A stretch of DNA of 64,000 nt from Candidatus Latescibacterota bacterium (GTDB taxonomy: Bacteria > Latescibacterota > CBDEFO01), in the NCBI GenBank assembly GCA_965248755.1, contig OZ252149.1, positions 3,584,001 through 3,648,000 on the forward strand. Reading direction: 5' to 3'. Every line of letters starts with the position of its first letter. Position 1 is the stretch's first letter. Positions 1 to 10,359 of the stretch are shown piece after piece. The translations under genes were made by a program, and so were the position numbers. A model generated the notes under the pieces. The model worked only from the letters and a program-made list of their open reading frames with translations. It was not told the origin of the DNA and made no database searches.

Positions 1-839
1 GCACAGGGTTAGAAGTGACGCAGTTAGGCTACGGCGCGATGGCGATTTCACATACTGAAGATCCCGGGAGCATCATAAATGCAGTGCTTGACTCGGGCAT
101 CAACTTCATCGACACCTCACCCGATTACGGCTTGAGCGAGGAGCGCATCGGCGCCCATATCAGCCATCGTCGCGAAGAATTCTATCTGGCCACTAAATGT
201 GGGTGCAACATCGGCCCCGACGGGGCCCGGCAAGATCCTGGCCACCTGTGGACGGCAGATCGGCTGCAGAGGAACATTGACCAGAGCCTGGAGCGCATGA
301 AGACCGACCATGTGGACGTGCTGCAGATGCACAACCCTTCTGTGGAGCAGGTAGAGCAGGGCGGACTCGTGCAGGCCCTTCAAGAGATTCGAGAGTCAGG
401 GAAGACCCGGTTCATTGGTGTATCTTCCACGGCCCCGGATCTTCTGGCCTTTGCACGTATGGGCGTATTCGACACATTTCAGATTCCGTATTCTGCCCTG
501 GAGCGCAGGCACGAGCAAATGATCCAGGAGGCGGCCGATCTAGGGGCTAGCATCATCATTCGCGGCGGCATCGCCAAGGGGCATAGCGAGAGCGGTGACC
601 GCTGGACAAAGTGGGATCGGGCCGGGCTGAACGAGCTGATGGGCGATATGAATCGCTACGAGTTTGTGCTGCGCTTCACGCTTTCGCATCCGTCCTGCCA
701 CACTACCATCGTGGGCACCGCCGATCTGGATCACCTTCAGGCTAACGTGGCGGCAGCCAAGGCCGGGGCGCTTCCGACCGATGTCTATGAGCAGGCCAAA
801 GAGCGCCTGACTGAGATCGGGGAAGAGCCGGAGCTTTAG
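1..839 (+). CDS. Aldo/keto reductase, 5' end cut by window edge
   Basis: Frame is open upstream of GTG15 (TGLEVTQLGYG). AKR motifs IDTSPDYG, YLATKCG, DVLQMHNP, TRFIGVS. Confidence 0.9.
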   Translation, partial: TGLEVTQLGYGAMAISHTEDPGSIINAVLDSGINFIDTSPDYGLSEERIGAHISHRREEFYLATKCGCNIGPDGARQDPGHLWTADRLQRNIDQSLERMKTDHVDVLQMHNPSVEQVEQGGLVQALQEIRESGKTRFIGVSSTAPDLLAFARMGVFDTFQIPYSALERRHEQMIQEAADLGASIIIRGGIAKGHSESGDRWTKWDRAGLNELMGDMNRYEFVLRFTLSHPSCHTTIVGTADLDHLQANVAAAKAGALPTDVYEQAKERLTEIGEEPEL

Positions 840-923
840 GGTCCGCTGGTGATAGAAGCGGCCTGTCCGTCGGCAGGATCCGGGGACGCGATACGACTAC
901 AATTATACGACTACATTTATAAG

Positions 924-2300
924 ATGAAATTGCACCTATTTGTTGCAGTTTGCTCTATTCTTTTGTCTACTCAAGGAGCTGCAGATATGGAGGCTGGCTA
1001 TAGAGATCGGGTACTTCCCTCGATGGATGGGGAGCCGATGTCGCTGGGACAGTACCGGGGCAGCAGGATTCTTCTGATGGATTTTGCCTCCTGGTGAGCG
1101 GGCTGCCGCAGGCACATACCAGGCTGGTATGGACAGGTGAAGCAACTGGTAGAGAACAGGCAGCTCGTCGTAGTGGGGCGCATCCAGGAACAGCATCCGG
1201 AGAGATGCCGCCTCTTTATGCAGTGGCAAGAGATGGACTGGCCGATTATGATCGATCCGTTGAACCTGCTGGAACTTACGGCTGTTCCCATTGTAACGGC
1301 CATTGATGAGTACGGAATAGGGCATGAGATTGCGCAGGAAAACTTTGAGGCGGAATTCATCCACAGGGATTTTGCGCCGCCTGAGCAACTTCAGGATCCT
1401 CTGGTAGCAGAAAGACCGGATCTGAACGTCCTGAAGGGCCAGACTGCTGCAGGTGGAGCTGAGACCTGGGGAGAGTACGGTGCAGCCCTTTATCTATGGG
1501 GAGGTATTGAGCGCATTGATGAGGCGGTGGAGGCCTTTCGGCAGGCTCTGGACCTGGAAGGAGGCGATGGGCGCTGGCACTTCCGCCTGGGGGTTTGCCT
1601 GCGGCGGCGCTATGAAAGTGAATACCGAAAGGCAAACGATTTTCAGGAGGCTGTGATAGAGTGGGGCCGTGCCCTGGAGCTGGACCCTAACCAGTATATC
1701 TGGAGACGGCGCATTCAGCAGTATGGCCCGCGTCTGGACAAGCCTTATCCGTTCTACGACTGGACAGAGCAGGCGCGAGAAGAAATCACGGGACGGGGTG
1801 AGGTCCCGGTGGAACTGACAGTTGAACCTGCCGGCGCCGAATATGCAGCGCCATTAGTAGATTTGGAGATCGGTGAATCAGCGGTGCAAAACCCCGATCC
1901 AGATGGCCGGATACGGCTGGATGAGGAGGGTCTTATTCAGATAGAAGTGGTCTCTGTGCCGGCGGTCATCCCACCGGGCGGCAGTGCACGGATACACGTG
2001 ATATTCCGTCCGAACCAGGCTGTAAAAGCTCACTGGAATAATGAAGTCGAAGACCTGAAACTATGGGTAGATCCCTTGCCTGGCTGGGAGCTGGAACAGA
2101 AGCTTCATATCGTAAAGAATCCATCTGAACCTGTAAGTCGTGAGACGCGCCGGCTGGATTTTGAACTGAGGTGTGCGTCAGAAACGCAGCCAGGAAAGGT
2201 GGCTCTGCCGGCGTACGCCCTCTACTTTGTGTGTGAAGATGTGGACGGAACTTGTCTGTTCAGGAGGCAGGATGTCAGAATACCGTTGCGGGTACGTTAA
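924..2300 (+). CDS. Secreted selenoprotein: TlpA/thioredoxin-like UxxC domain + TPR + DsbD-N-like C-terminal domain
   Basis: ORFs 849..1097 and 1137..2300 are in the same frame, separated only by TGA 1095-1097. Read-through gives FASW-U-AGC-RRHIP. Signal peptide from ATG924; C-terminal YFVCEDVDGTCL. Confidence 0.85.
1098..1136 (+). promoter_or_regulatory. Candidate bacterial SECIS element
   Basis: Perfect stem CATACCA(1115-1121)/TGGTATG(1125-1131) with a G-starting loop GGC, 24 nt after the UGA. Confidence 0.7.
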
Positions 2301-2341
2301 TAGATGGATTCACAAGCAACACATCGTGGTGGGGAGGAACT

Positions 2342-3265
2342 ATGACAACAGCAATTGAAAGACGCCCTTACGGCAGGACAGATGAGCATGTGAGTGTCGT
2401 GGTCCTGGGTGGCGGCTCTCTCGATAAGCACTCCTTTGCCGACGGCGTGGCCACAGTGCGCCGGGCGCTGGAGCTGGGCGTCAGCTATTTCGATACCTCT
2501 CCTTACTACGGCAGTGGACTATCGCAGGGAATCTATGGTGTGGCCCTGTAGGAACGAACGGAAGAGTATCTTCTGGCGACCAAGCTCGGATTTCTAGCCA
2601 GCCCGACCCGTTACCGTTCGCGTGACGCCCTGCGCACACAGCTTGATGAGAATCTGCGTTTACTGCGTCGTGACAGCGTGGGCACACTACAGGTGCACGA
2701 AGCCATGTTTCACTGCTGCTGGTCCGATGATGCTGCGCACAGCGCGCACGCACACATTCAACCTGAGTACGATTACGATTTTACCAGCGCGCCCATAATG
2801 CAGGTTCTAAGAGAAGCAAAAGCGCAAGGTTTATGTAGATTTATCGGGATCACGGGAAACAGTGCAGACCGAATTGCCCGTGTGCTGCGCCACGTGGAGG
2901 TGGATGCGTGTCTGGTCGCCTATAACTACTCGCTTCTGTCGCGGCAGGCGCGTCGGACAGCATTGCCTTTGGCTCGCGAAAAGGGAGTAGCTTTCATCGC
3001 AGCCGGGGTGATTGACTCCATCGGAGCTGATAAGGGGGAGAGTCCCGATGTCCGCTTGAACGACCTGCAGAAAGTCTCCGGCCTATCTCTGGTCGCTCTG
3101 ACGATCCGCTACTTGATAGCCGATCCAGCTATTACAACGATTCTGGTCGGCGCAGCGACGCCTGCCGAGATTGAAGAGAGCGTCGTCGCAGCCCAGGCTG
3201 GCGCACTTCCGCTTGACTTACATCAGGCCCTTGAAGAACTGGAAACGTCTCCTGACCCCGACTGA
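2342..3265 (+). pseudogene. Aldo/keto reductase with in-frame TAG at 2549-2551
   Basis: The same frame continues after the TAG with YLLATKLG...TLQVHE; RBS GGGAGG before ATG2342. Confidence 0.8.
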
Positions 3266-3329
3266 ACCCCCGATTGAATCTACCGGGGGGTCGGGGATCG
3301 TTTCCAGGAAAGATTGGGAGGAATTAATC

Positions 3330-4278
3330 CTGACAGCAGCAATTGAAAGACGCCCTTACGGCAGGACAGAGGAGCATGTGACTGTCGTGGGCCTGGGTGG
3401 CGGCTCTCTCGATATGCAATCCTTTGCCGACGGCGTGGCCACAGTGCACCGGGCGCTGGAGCTGGGCGTCAGGCTATTTCGATACCTCTCCGGCCTACTG
3501 CCAGGGGGCTTCACAGGTAATACTGGGCAACGGGCTGGAGGGGTGCACGGAGCCATACCTGCTGGCAACAAAGCTGGGCTACCTTGCCGCGCCGGAGGAT
3601 TTCCGATCATGGGATGCCCTCCGCGCCCAGCTCTGGGAGAACCTGCGTGCGCTCCGCCGTGACAGCGTGGACACGCTGCAGGTGCATGAGGCCGATTATC
3701 CCTGCTGGTGGTCCGAAGGCGCAACCGGACGCGTTCAACCTGAGGATGATTTCGATTTTGACAACGCCCCGGTCATGCAGGTTCTGAGAGAGGCGAAGGA
3801 GCAAGGCCTGTGTCGTTTCATCGGGATAACTGGAAACAGTGCTGACTCCGTTGCCCACGTCCTGCGACACGTGGAGGTTGACACCTGTCTGCCCGCCTTC
3901 AACTATGATATGATATGGCGGGGGACCCGCCGCCAGGCTTTACCGGTCGCGGTTGAGAAGGGGGTGACATTGATCCTGGGTGGTGCCTTTCAGAATGCGC
4001 TTCTGACGGAGGTTCATGCCGAGTGGCTGAGTTCTCCCCCGGATTCCTGGACGCCCGAGATTCTGAACCGTTTTGAGCGGCTCTATGCGCTACAGAAGGA
4101 CTGCGGTCTTTCGCTTGTGACCATGGCCGTGCGGTTTCTAATGGCGGACCCAGCGGTCACAACGATTCTGATAGGGGCTGCAACGCCTGCCGAGATCGAA
4201 GAGAGCGTAACTGCAGCGCAGGCTGGTCCTCTCCCGCCCGACCTGCATCAGGCTGTTGAAGAGCTGGGAGTTCCGTAG
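3330..4278 (+). pseudogene. Aldo/keto reductase paralog with +1 frameshift near 3472
   Basis: gtcaGgctatttc versus gtcagctatttc in the upstream paralog. N-terminus in the frame of ORF 3171, remainder in the frame of ORF 3397. CTG at the position of the paralog's ATG. Confidence 0.8.
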
Positions 4279-4497
4279 GGAACTGCTGGATGCCGCTCAC
4301 CGATCTGTGGATGTCCGCTAAATTCCCGCCTCCACAACATAAACAAAGCGTGCTTATGAAGAAGCCAGCAGAAGCTGATCCCCGATAGATTTAATCGGGC
4401 TTCAATCGGGGACGTATTAAGCAGGAAGAGTCGTAGTGTTCCCTGGAAAGCAACTTCGATTAAGCAACGCTATTTGTTGGAGCCCTCTCTCCTCCCC

Positions 4498-5193
4498 TCA
4501 AATCTGTCCTGCACACCACTGAATGCCCCTTTCCACGATTTTGCGGAAATTCGGGTCCACGTATGTCTTATCATCGTGCCCCGACTGAAGGCAGAATACA
4601 CGGGATTCTTTGAAGGTTCTCACCCAGCCGATGGCTTTCATACTTTGAGGGTGATTGACAGCCAGCAAGATGTCGCTGTCTACCTCCGGTTCATTCATGA
4701 TATAGGTCTCGTCGGTCATCTCCCATGCTTCCAGCCCATGTGTGATGGGATGGTCGGGATTGGCGATCTCGACTTGCAGGTTCGGAACTATGTGAGCGCC
4801 GGAGAGTTCTCGATTCTGAATGCCGACCAGGTCTGACCAGAGGGGCCACGCCGTATAGGCCAGGAGAGCATGATGGTGGATGAAGATTCCCTGCGAGTTC
4901 TTACCGATCTGCTCCAATATGCCTTGTATTCTGCCTTCATAGCCTTTCCCCCCTTCGGCAGGCATGCTCTGAGGGTTGTAAATCTGCTTCCGATCCACTA
5001 TATCCGCAAAGAGAACGACATCATATTCGTCTCTCACGCGTCCGGCATCGTAGACATAATCTTCCACATGCTGAATATAGCAGTCGGCATCTGGAAGGCT
5101 TCGGAATACAGTGTGGAACCCAGGCACGTCGAAGGCATGTCCTCCTGTAACTACGGCAACGGTTGTCTTGTTTGTCTTTGGCAGGCTGCTCAT
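4498..5193 (-). CDS. ThuA-like (class I glutamine amidotransferase-like) domain protein
   Basis: VTGGHAFD, HPITHGL, DETY, RVFCLQSGHD motifs; RBS AAGGAG before ATG5193. Confidence 0.8.
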   Translation of the reverse strand: MSSLPKTNKTTVAVVTGGHAFDVPGFHTVFRSLPDADCYIQHVEDYVYDAGRVRDEYDVVLFADIVDRKQIYNPQSMPAEGGKGYEGRIQGILEQIGKNSQGIFIHHHALLAYTAWPLWSDLVGIQNRELSGAHIVPNLQVEIANPDHPITHGLEAWEMTDETYIMNEPEVDSDILLAVNHPQSMKAIGWVRTFKESRVFCLQSGHDDKTYVDPNFRKIVERGIQWCAGQI

Positions 5194-5843
5194 GAGGACT
5201 CTCCTTAATCCGTTATTAGATCTATCGGGGGAAAGCAAGCCCGTAGTCAGCAGGTAGGTAGAGCTTCTACTCAAAGGGGGCGTATCTGGATCTCTTAAAG
5301 TAGCCCAGGAGGCAGCGAGGTTATTAAGCAACTGACCTGGAAGAAGCTGGTGATCAAGAGTAAGTTCTACAAGACATTGAAGATCAAGACCTTTAAAGGG
5401 TTAGAGGTCAGTTATGTAGCACCCTAACATGTTAGAGATCAAGACCTCCAACGAGTTAGAGATCAGGGGTATATAAGTACTGACATATGATACAGCTTAA
5501 AGAAGCGTAACGTGCTTAACAAACGGGGGCTTGCGATTTTAGATGAAGGGGAAGCCTGTGCATACGGTGTAGACGGTGTATACCCTTACTATATGTTTGC
5601 TGTACAAAAACATTTTTTATATACAAACATAGTACATAGGTCTACACGGTCTACACACTTTGGATGGCCTCTTCCCTTAAACCTGTTCCCAGGTAGTAAA
5701 GAGCGTCATTTTTTCTGACTTTCACGAACTTCTCCCCCAGCTACTCTGCAAATACGTTTTTGCTCTTTGCCCTGAGGTGATTTCTATCGCATCATTCCAC
5801 GTGTGCTCTGTACGCCGATCCGGGTTTCAGGCTGCGCTGGCTG

Positions 5844-7067
5844 TTACGTGTCCCAGCCTGAGATGAAGTTTTCGACACTTAAATCCGCCGGCACCTGGTT
5901 GAAGTAGTAACGCGTCGAATCGCCCTGGAAGCCGGGCGCCCACTGATCTTCTTCCGCCTGGAGGCTGTCGTCCACCGATTTGAACCGCTCCCATAGAATT
6001 TTGGCCTCTTCAGGCGAGAAGCGATCCGCGAGCAGCGCGCCCCACTGGAGGGTTATCGGATGCACGCTGGTAGCCCAGGTGCGCTCTTGCTCGGGCAGGC
6101 TGTCGAAGTCAGGGCGCTTGAGGTTGTTTATGCGCTTGGCGATCTTGCTCAGGAATATGGTCGACTGGCGCTTGCCCTTTTCGCCCCTGCCTGGGTGCAG
6201 CTTTTCGAGCCTGGCATGGTACACGGCGGCGCCTTTTTCAATGGCAGCGCGGAGCACGGATTCGGTGTGGCCCAGCATCTGCTCGCTGCGCTGGGCCCAG
6301 CGTTCCAAGGTCACCTGGGCTGGGGCAGACAGGTGTTCGAGGTAGCTCAGATTCGGGTAGTAGGTGAAGGTGGAAAAGCCGCCGTGGATGGTGCGCCGCA
6401 TCTTGGTGCTGTAGTTGCTGCCCCAGTGCAGGATGGGTAGGATGTAGACCACGCCGTCGCCGGCCGTGAGATGCGTCTGGACACCGCCGGGCAAGTTCAC
6501 GCGTGGGTCCTCGTTCAGCAGCCGGTCTTCCTGCTCTGTGTTGAAGCGGTTGTGACTGCCGGGCACCACCCACAGCACATCATCGTCGTAGAGGGGGATG
6601 TTCCACTGTACGTACCGGGGGCCATTCTCGATGATGTCCTCTGCGTAGCCCTGCAGCGGGGCGCTGTAGGGCGGATAGAAATCGCGGTGCCATCCCCGGT
6701 GGTTCGCCGTGCCGTGGTCGCGCGAAGGACTGCACATCAGCATCATCTCAGTGATCGCCGCATCCGCCACTCCCAGCAACTGGCTGCTGACACCTTGCGT
6801 GTTTTCGTGAAGCCAGACCTCGACAGTCTTGGCGGTCTGTGCATCTATCTGATCACTCAGGCTATGCAGGTTCAACCGCGGCTGGGCCGAGGTATCCCAC
6901 GCACCTCCGGGCGGATCGTCCGGGTTGCGTTCGCGCGCCCAGATCGCCTTCTGTTTTTCGACCATCATTTCGTAACTTGCGCGCAGCTCGTCCAGCTCGT
7001 CCGGCGGGATGACGTTGCGCAAGATGAGATACCCTTCTTTCAGGAATCGGTCTCGATCTACGTGCAT
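5844..7067 (-). CDS. Phytanoyl-CoA dioxygenase (PhyH) family protein
   Basis: FLKEGYLILRNV, WHRD, VVPGSH, ILHWG: Fe(II)/2OG facial triad pattern. Confidence 0.8.
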   Translation of the reverse strand: MHVDRDRFLKEGYLILRNVIPPDELDELRASYEMMVEKQKAIWARERNPDDPPGGAWDTSAQPRLNLHSLSDQIDAQTAKTVEVWLHENTQGVSSQLLGVADAAITEMMLMCSPSRDHGTANHRGWHRDFYPPYSAPLQGYAEDIIENGPRYVQWNIPLYDDDVLWVVPGSHNRFNTEQEDRLLNEDPRVNLPGGVQTHLTAGDGVVYILPILHWGSNYSTKMRRTIHGGFSTFTYYPNLSYLEHLSAPAQVTLERWAQRSEQMLGHTESVLRAAIEKGAAVYHARLEKLHPGRGEKGKRQSTIFLSKIAKRINNLKRPDFDSLPEQERTWATSVHPITLQWGALLADRFSPEEAKILWERFKSVDDSLQAEEDQWAPGFQGDSTRYYFNQVPADLSVENFISGWDT

Positions 7068-7180
7068 TCTACTGCCTCCTTAGCTAATATGTATTGGAAG
7101 ATTCAGGCGCGTCGGCCACTTGCGACTGGAACGTATCGCCACGTACCTAGCTATCGGGGCAGGCACGACGTACTGTCTCG

Positions 7181-8800
7181 TCACAACGAAAGACGGTCAA
7201 GGATGTTCCGTGTGACCCGTTCGACCACTTTGTCCCCACCGCGAAGTCCATTTGCCCACGAGGTGCAACCCACGGTAACCACCGTGCCGCCGCGGCTGTA
7301 GGTTCCGAGCACCGCCGCACCTGGGTAGGGGTGAGGTTCGCCCCCCTCCGGGTGCAGCGTCTCATTCACCAATTCGATGGAGTCGTCATAATCGGTCAGT
7401 CCTGCCGGTGCTGTGCCGAGAATCTGAAACGTCTCCGGTGTACCGTCGCGCTGTGTGGGAATGGGCAGTCCATCTTGAAGCTCGAACTCGCATCCGTCAC
7501 ATTCGTAGCTGACTATACTGTCCTGAACGCCCAGGAGGTCATGTAGTTTCAGACCGGTCCCCTCAAAGATCCAATGATCGGGACGATGTATTGTGTATGC
7601 GCCGGGCTCGTCCACAAACTGGTCAAAAAAGCCTGCATAACCTCCGTAGGCAAAGCTGACACCGGTCAGGTAATTCTCGGGTCGATTGATGAGGCGGTGG
7701 CACCAGAGCGTGCTGAGCTGTCTATGGTCACCAGTTTGATAAACAGGGTCTTGTCTATAGGCTCTCTTCCAGCAGACCAGTGCTCTGCCGTTGTCTTGGC
7801 TGCGCACCTGCCACCACATCACATTTCCGCTGAAAAAGGCCACGTTTCCGCCGGCAGCGATGTACGACTCAAGGTGATCCCGCATAGACGATGACCAGTA
7901 CTCGTCGTGTCCTACACTCAGCACCAGGCGGTAGTGCTCAAGAATATCGTGGTGGAATTCAAGGTCCCCGTTGATTGCGAAGTCAAGCGAATACCCGGCT
8001 TGCTCGGCCCAGGCTACGAACGGCTGCTCCCAGTTGCGCCATCCAGCCCCCCAGAATGTTGTGCCGTCATAGACGTGAAGCTGCCCTTCCTGAAGCTTCA
8101 CATGGTAGGCTGCAGGACCCGTGCCCAGGTTATCATCAATCCTCCAATGTCTGCCCGGTTCGACCGTCGTGATGCTACCGTGCGTTGAAAGCCTGATGCC
8201 GGGGACGTTGTACGCTGCCATCTGTTTCCGGAACTCCTCTTGAAGGCGCTCGGAGACATTTCGACCTTCTAAGAGCTCCTGACGCTCTTCATCCATACGA
8301 AATAGGAGCAGTCCATCTACGCCGGGAAGGCCTGCATACGGGCGTTCGAAGGAGACTCGGTTTCCTGGTCCGTCGGGCCCTCGATAGAGACTTGAGCCGC
8401 CCCATGTGTTGTAAGCGTTGTATGTGTTCGTGGTTAATTGGATAAGGATAGGGGCATCGCGGCCGGGATGGGGTGACCGCACCACGAAGAACGCCTGTCC
8501 TTCGGAAGTGGATCCATCCCTGCCTGTCGCTTGCATGATCACACTGTAATAGCCTGAGGGCCAATCCACGGGTACAGATATTTCTTTGGCCCCAGGCCAT
8601 TGACACCCATGCGTCGATGCGTTGCAGGGGACAGGATGTTGTGCTCCGGTCAGGCCGTCTTGTGTCCAGACGACGTGTCTCTGTGCTCCCACACGAGCGA
8701 TCTGGATCGAGTAGGCATCCGCATTCGTAGAGATGTGGAATCCGATCCGTTCCCCGGCCTTTACGCTTAACGGCCAGACATAGCCTTTGATCCGGAGCAT
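7181..8800 (-). CDS. N,N-dimethylformamidase large-subunit-like domain protein
   Basis: WPSGYY, TYNAYNTWGGSSLY, VSFERPY, LSVGHDEYWS, FFSGN, YECDG motifs. Confidence 0.75.
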   Translation of the reverse strand: MLRIKGYVWPLSVKAGERIGFHISTNADAYSIQIARVGAQRHVVWTQDGLTGAQHPVPCNASTHGCQWPGAKEISVPVDWPSGYYSVIMQATGRDGSTSEGQAFFVVRSPHPGRDAPILIQLTTNTYNAYNTWGGSSLYRGPDGPGNRVSFERPYAGLPGVDGLLLFRMDEERQELLEGRNVSERLQEEFRKQMAAYNVPGIRLSTHGSITTVEPGRHWRIDDNLGTGPAAYHVKLQEGQLHVYDGTTFWGAGWRNWEQPFVAWAEQAGYSLDFAINGDLEFHHDILEHYRLVLSVGHDEYWSSSMRDHLESYIAAGGNVAFFSGNVMWWQVRSQDNGRALVCWKRAYRQDPVYQTGDHRQLSTLWCHRLINRPENYLTGVSFAYGGYAGFFDQFVDEPGAYTIHRPDHWIFEGTGLKLHDLLGVQDSIVSYECDGCEFELQDGLPIPTQRDGTPETFQILGTAPAGLTDYDDSIELVNETLHPEGGEPHPYPGAAVLGTYSRGGTVVTVGCTSWANGLRGGDKVVERVTRNILDRLSL

Positions 8801-9119
8801 GCCTTCTTGAATGCTATACGTGAACCCACCCTCCTTCTTTCAATTCTCCGGGGTCAGTGCAGGTGGCATTGACCCACATGTGCGGAGCACGGTTGACATG
8901 GCGGGCTGCCATCGTTTCAGATACAGTGTTGCCGATCCTGACAGGAGCATCCAAGTCACTATGCCTGTCTCCACCTAAAAGTTCACCGAATAGTGAGCAG
9001 GACAAATCCCAATGGGATAGTCCACTGCGGGTGCGACTGTATCATCTGTATTATTCTTCAGCAGAGATACAATTGTTGCGATACTATCGGCCACACCTAA
9101 ATATGGTGCGCTACACAGC

Positions 9120-9902
9120 TTATTCGTCCAAGACCTCATCGAACTCGTGACTGCCGCGGTCGAGTACGTCCTTGAGAGCGAAATCGCCGCCATAGCTCAG
9201 GAACTGGGCTCCTAATTCCCGGTATTGGGCTATTTTCTCAGGCGTGGGGGCCGGCATGCCCCAGGCTTTATCGTGTCTGCGAGCGGCCTCGGCAACCGTG
9301 GGGATGGCATCCTCAAGGGTGATCGGCGGCCCGTCCGTCTTCTGTCTGAGACGCAGTCCCAGATCGGCCGGCCCTACAAAGAGGACGTCTATTCCCGGTA
9401 CGGCTGCTATTTCATCCACATTTTCGAGGGCCTCCCTCGTCTCGATCTGCAGAACTACGAAGGTTTCCTGGTTGGCGTCAGTAGTGTAGGTGCTGTCAGG
9501 ACGCCAGACTTCAAAGCCGAAGTCTGCATCGAGACCCGCTCCATCCAGGCCGCGGTTACCGAGGGGCGGGAACTTCACAGCGGTTACGATGCTCCGAGCG
9601 ATATCCACATCCGAGGCAAAGGGGATCATCACACCGGCGGCCCCGTCCTCCAGGTAGCGATAGAGGTGAGTACGACTCACGCTCGGTGAACGCACCATGC
9701 AGTCTATATCGTTGGCGTGACACATCGCCAGCAGGGACTGAACCTCGCGGGCAGACATTGCGCGGTGTTCCAGGTCCAGCCAGATGACATCGTAGTTGAA
9801 ATGGGCCGCATGACGTACAAAAAACGGCAAGTAATGCCCCAAGTTGCAGACTCGGGCACATCTTCCCTCACGAAATTTCTTGAGCGCTTTGCTTTTTCTC
9901 AT
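9120..9902 (-). CDS. HpcH/HpaI aldolase family protein
   Basis: WLDLEH, KFPPLGNRG, LQIET, LFVGPADL. Confidence 0.9.
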   Translation of the reverse strand: MRKSKALKKFREGRCARVCNLGHYLPFFVRHAAHFNYDVIWLDLEHRAMSAREVQSLLAMCHANDIDCMVRSPSVSRTHLYRYLEDGAAGVMIPFASDVDIARSIVTAVKFPPLGNRGLDGAGLDADFGFEVWRPDSTYTTDANQETFVVLQIETREALENVDEIAAVPGIDVLFVGPADLGLRLRQKTDGPPITLEDAIPTVAEAARRHDKAWGMPAPTPEKIAQYRELGAQFLSYGGDFALKDVLDRGSHEFDEVLDE

Positions 9903-10137
9903 TGTTATCTTCCTTTATGTCCATCTACAGATCTTGATTCACCTTGAAGTCTTCAATGATAACATCCACTTCTCTGATAGACTTCAGCCGGCTTGTGGTG
10001 GGTTATGTGTGCTGCTTATCCTTGTACGGCATCGGAGATTAAGAATCTGCGATTAAGAATCGGAGATTATGATCGAGATCCGCCGTATCGGACGCTGATT
10101 TCTCCTGAGTTCCCATTGTTCGGATGGCAAGTCGCAC

Positions 10138-10357
10138 AACTATAATGGTGTTGCCAAGAGGTCTTGAGTCCTGCCAGACGGACTCCAATGGAAGATAAGG
10201 CAGGAAATAGTGGATGTCAATAAGATTCTTCAGTCGAAAGTCTTTCCAAACTACTCACTTTAGTTAAAATGGGCACTTTTGTAAATGACCAAAGACACAG
10301 CCCGTCATTGATGTCTGACGGGCTGTGTATTCAATGCTCTATGAGCTTTTGTGGAAA
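10138..10357 (-). repeat. Copy 1 of a ~215-nt promoter/attI-like module
   Basis: Colinear with 10997-11210. Contains TTGACA(10220-10215)-17 nt-TATCTT on the minus strand and a hairpin at 10295-10328. Confidence 0.75.
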
Positions 10358-10359
10358 TT

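Noticed and set aside
2549..2551. TAG as pyrrolysine or recoded stop
   Set aside because: Not at a catalytic position, many genes here end in TAG, and a CAG>TAG change explains it.
6471..7301. Long antisense ORFs (also 12648-13433, 16457-17257, 23776-24453, 42698-43876)
   Set aside because: Shadows of well-supported genes on the opposite strand, with no motifs of their own.
10031..10080. GATTAAGAATC short tandem repeats as a functional array
   Set aside because: Only about three degenerate units, with no further support.
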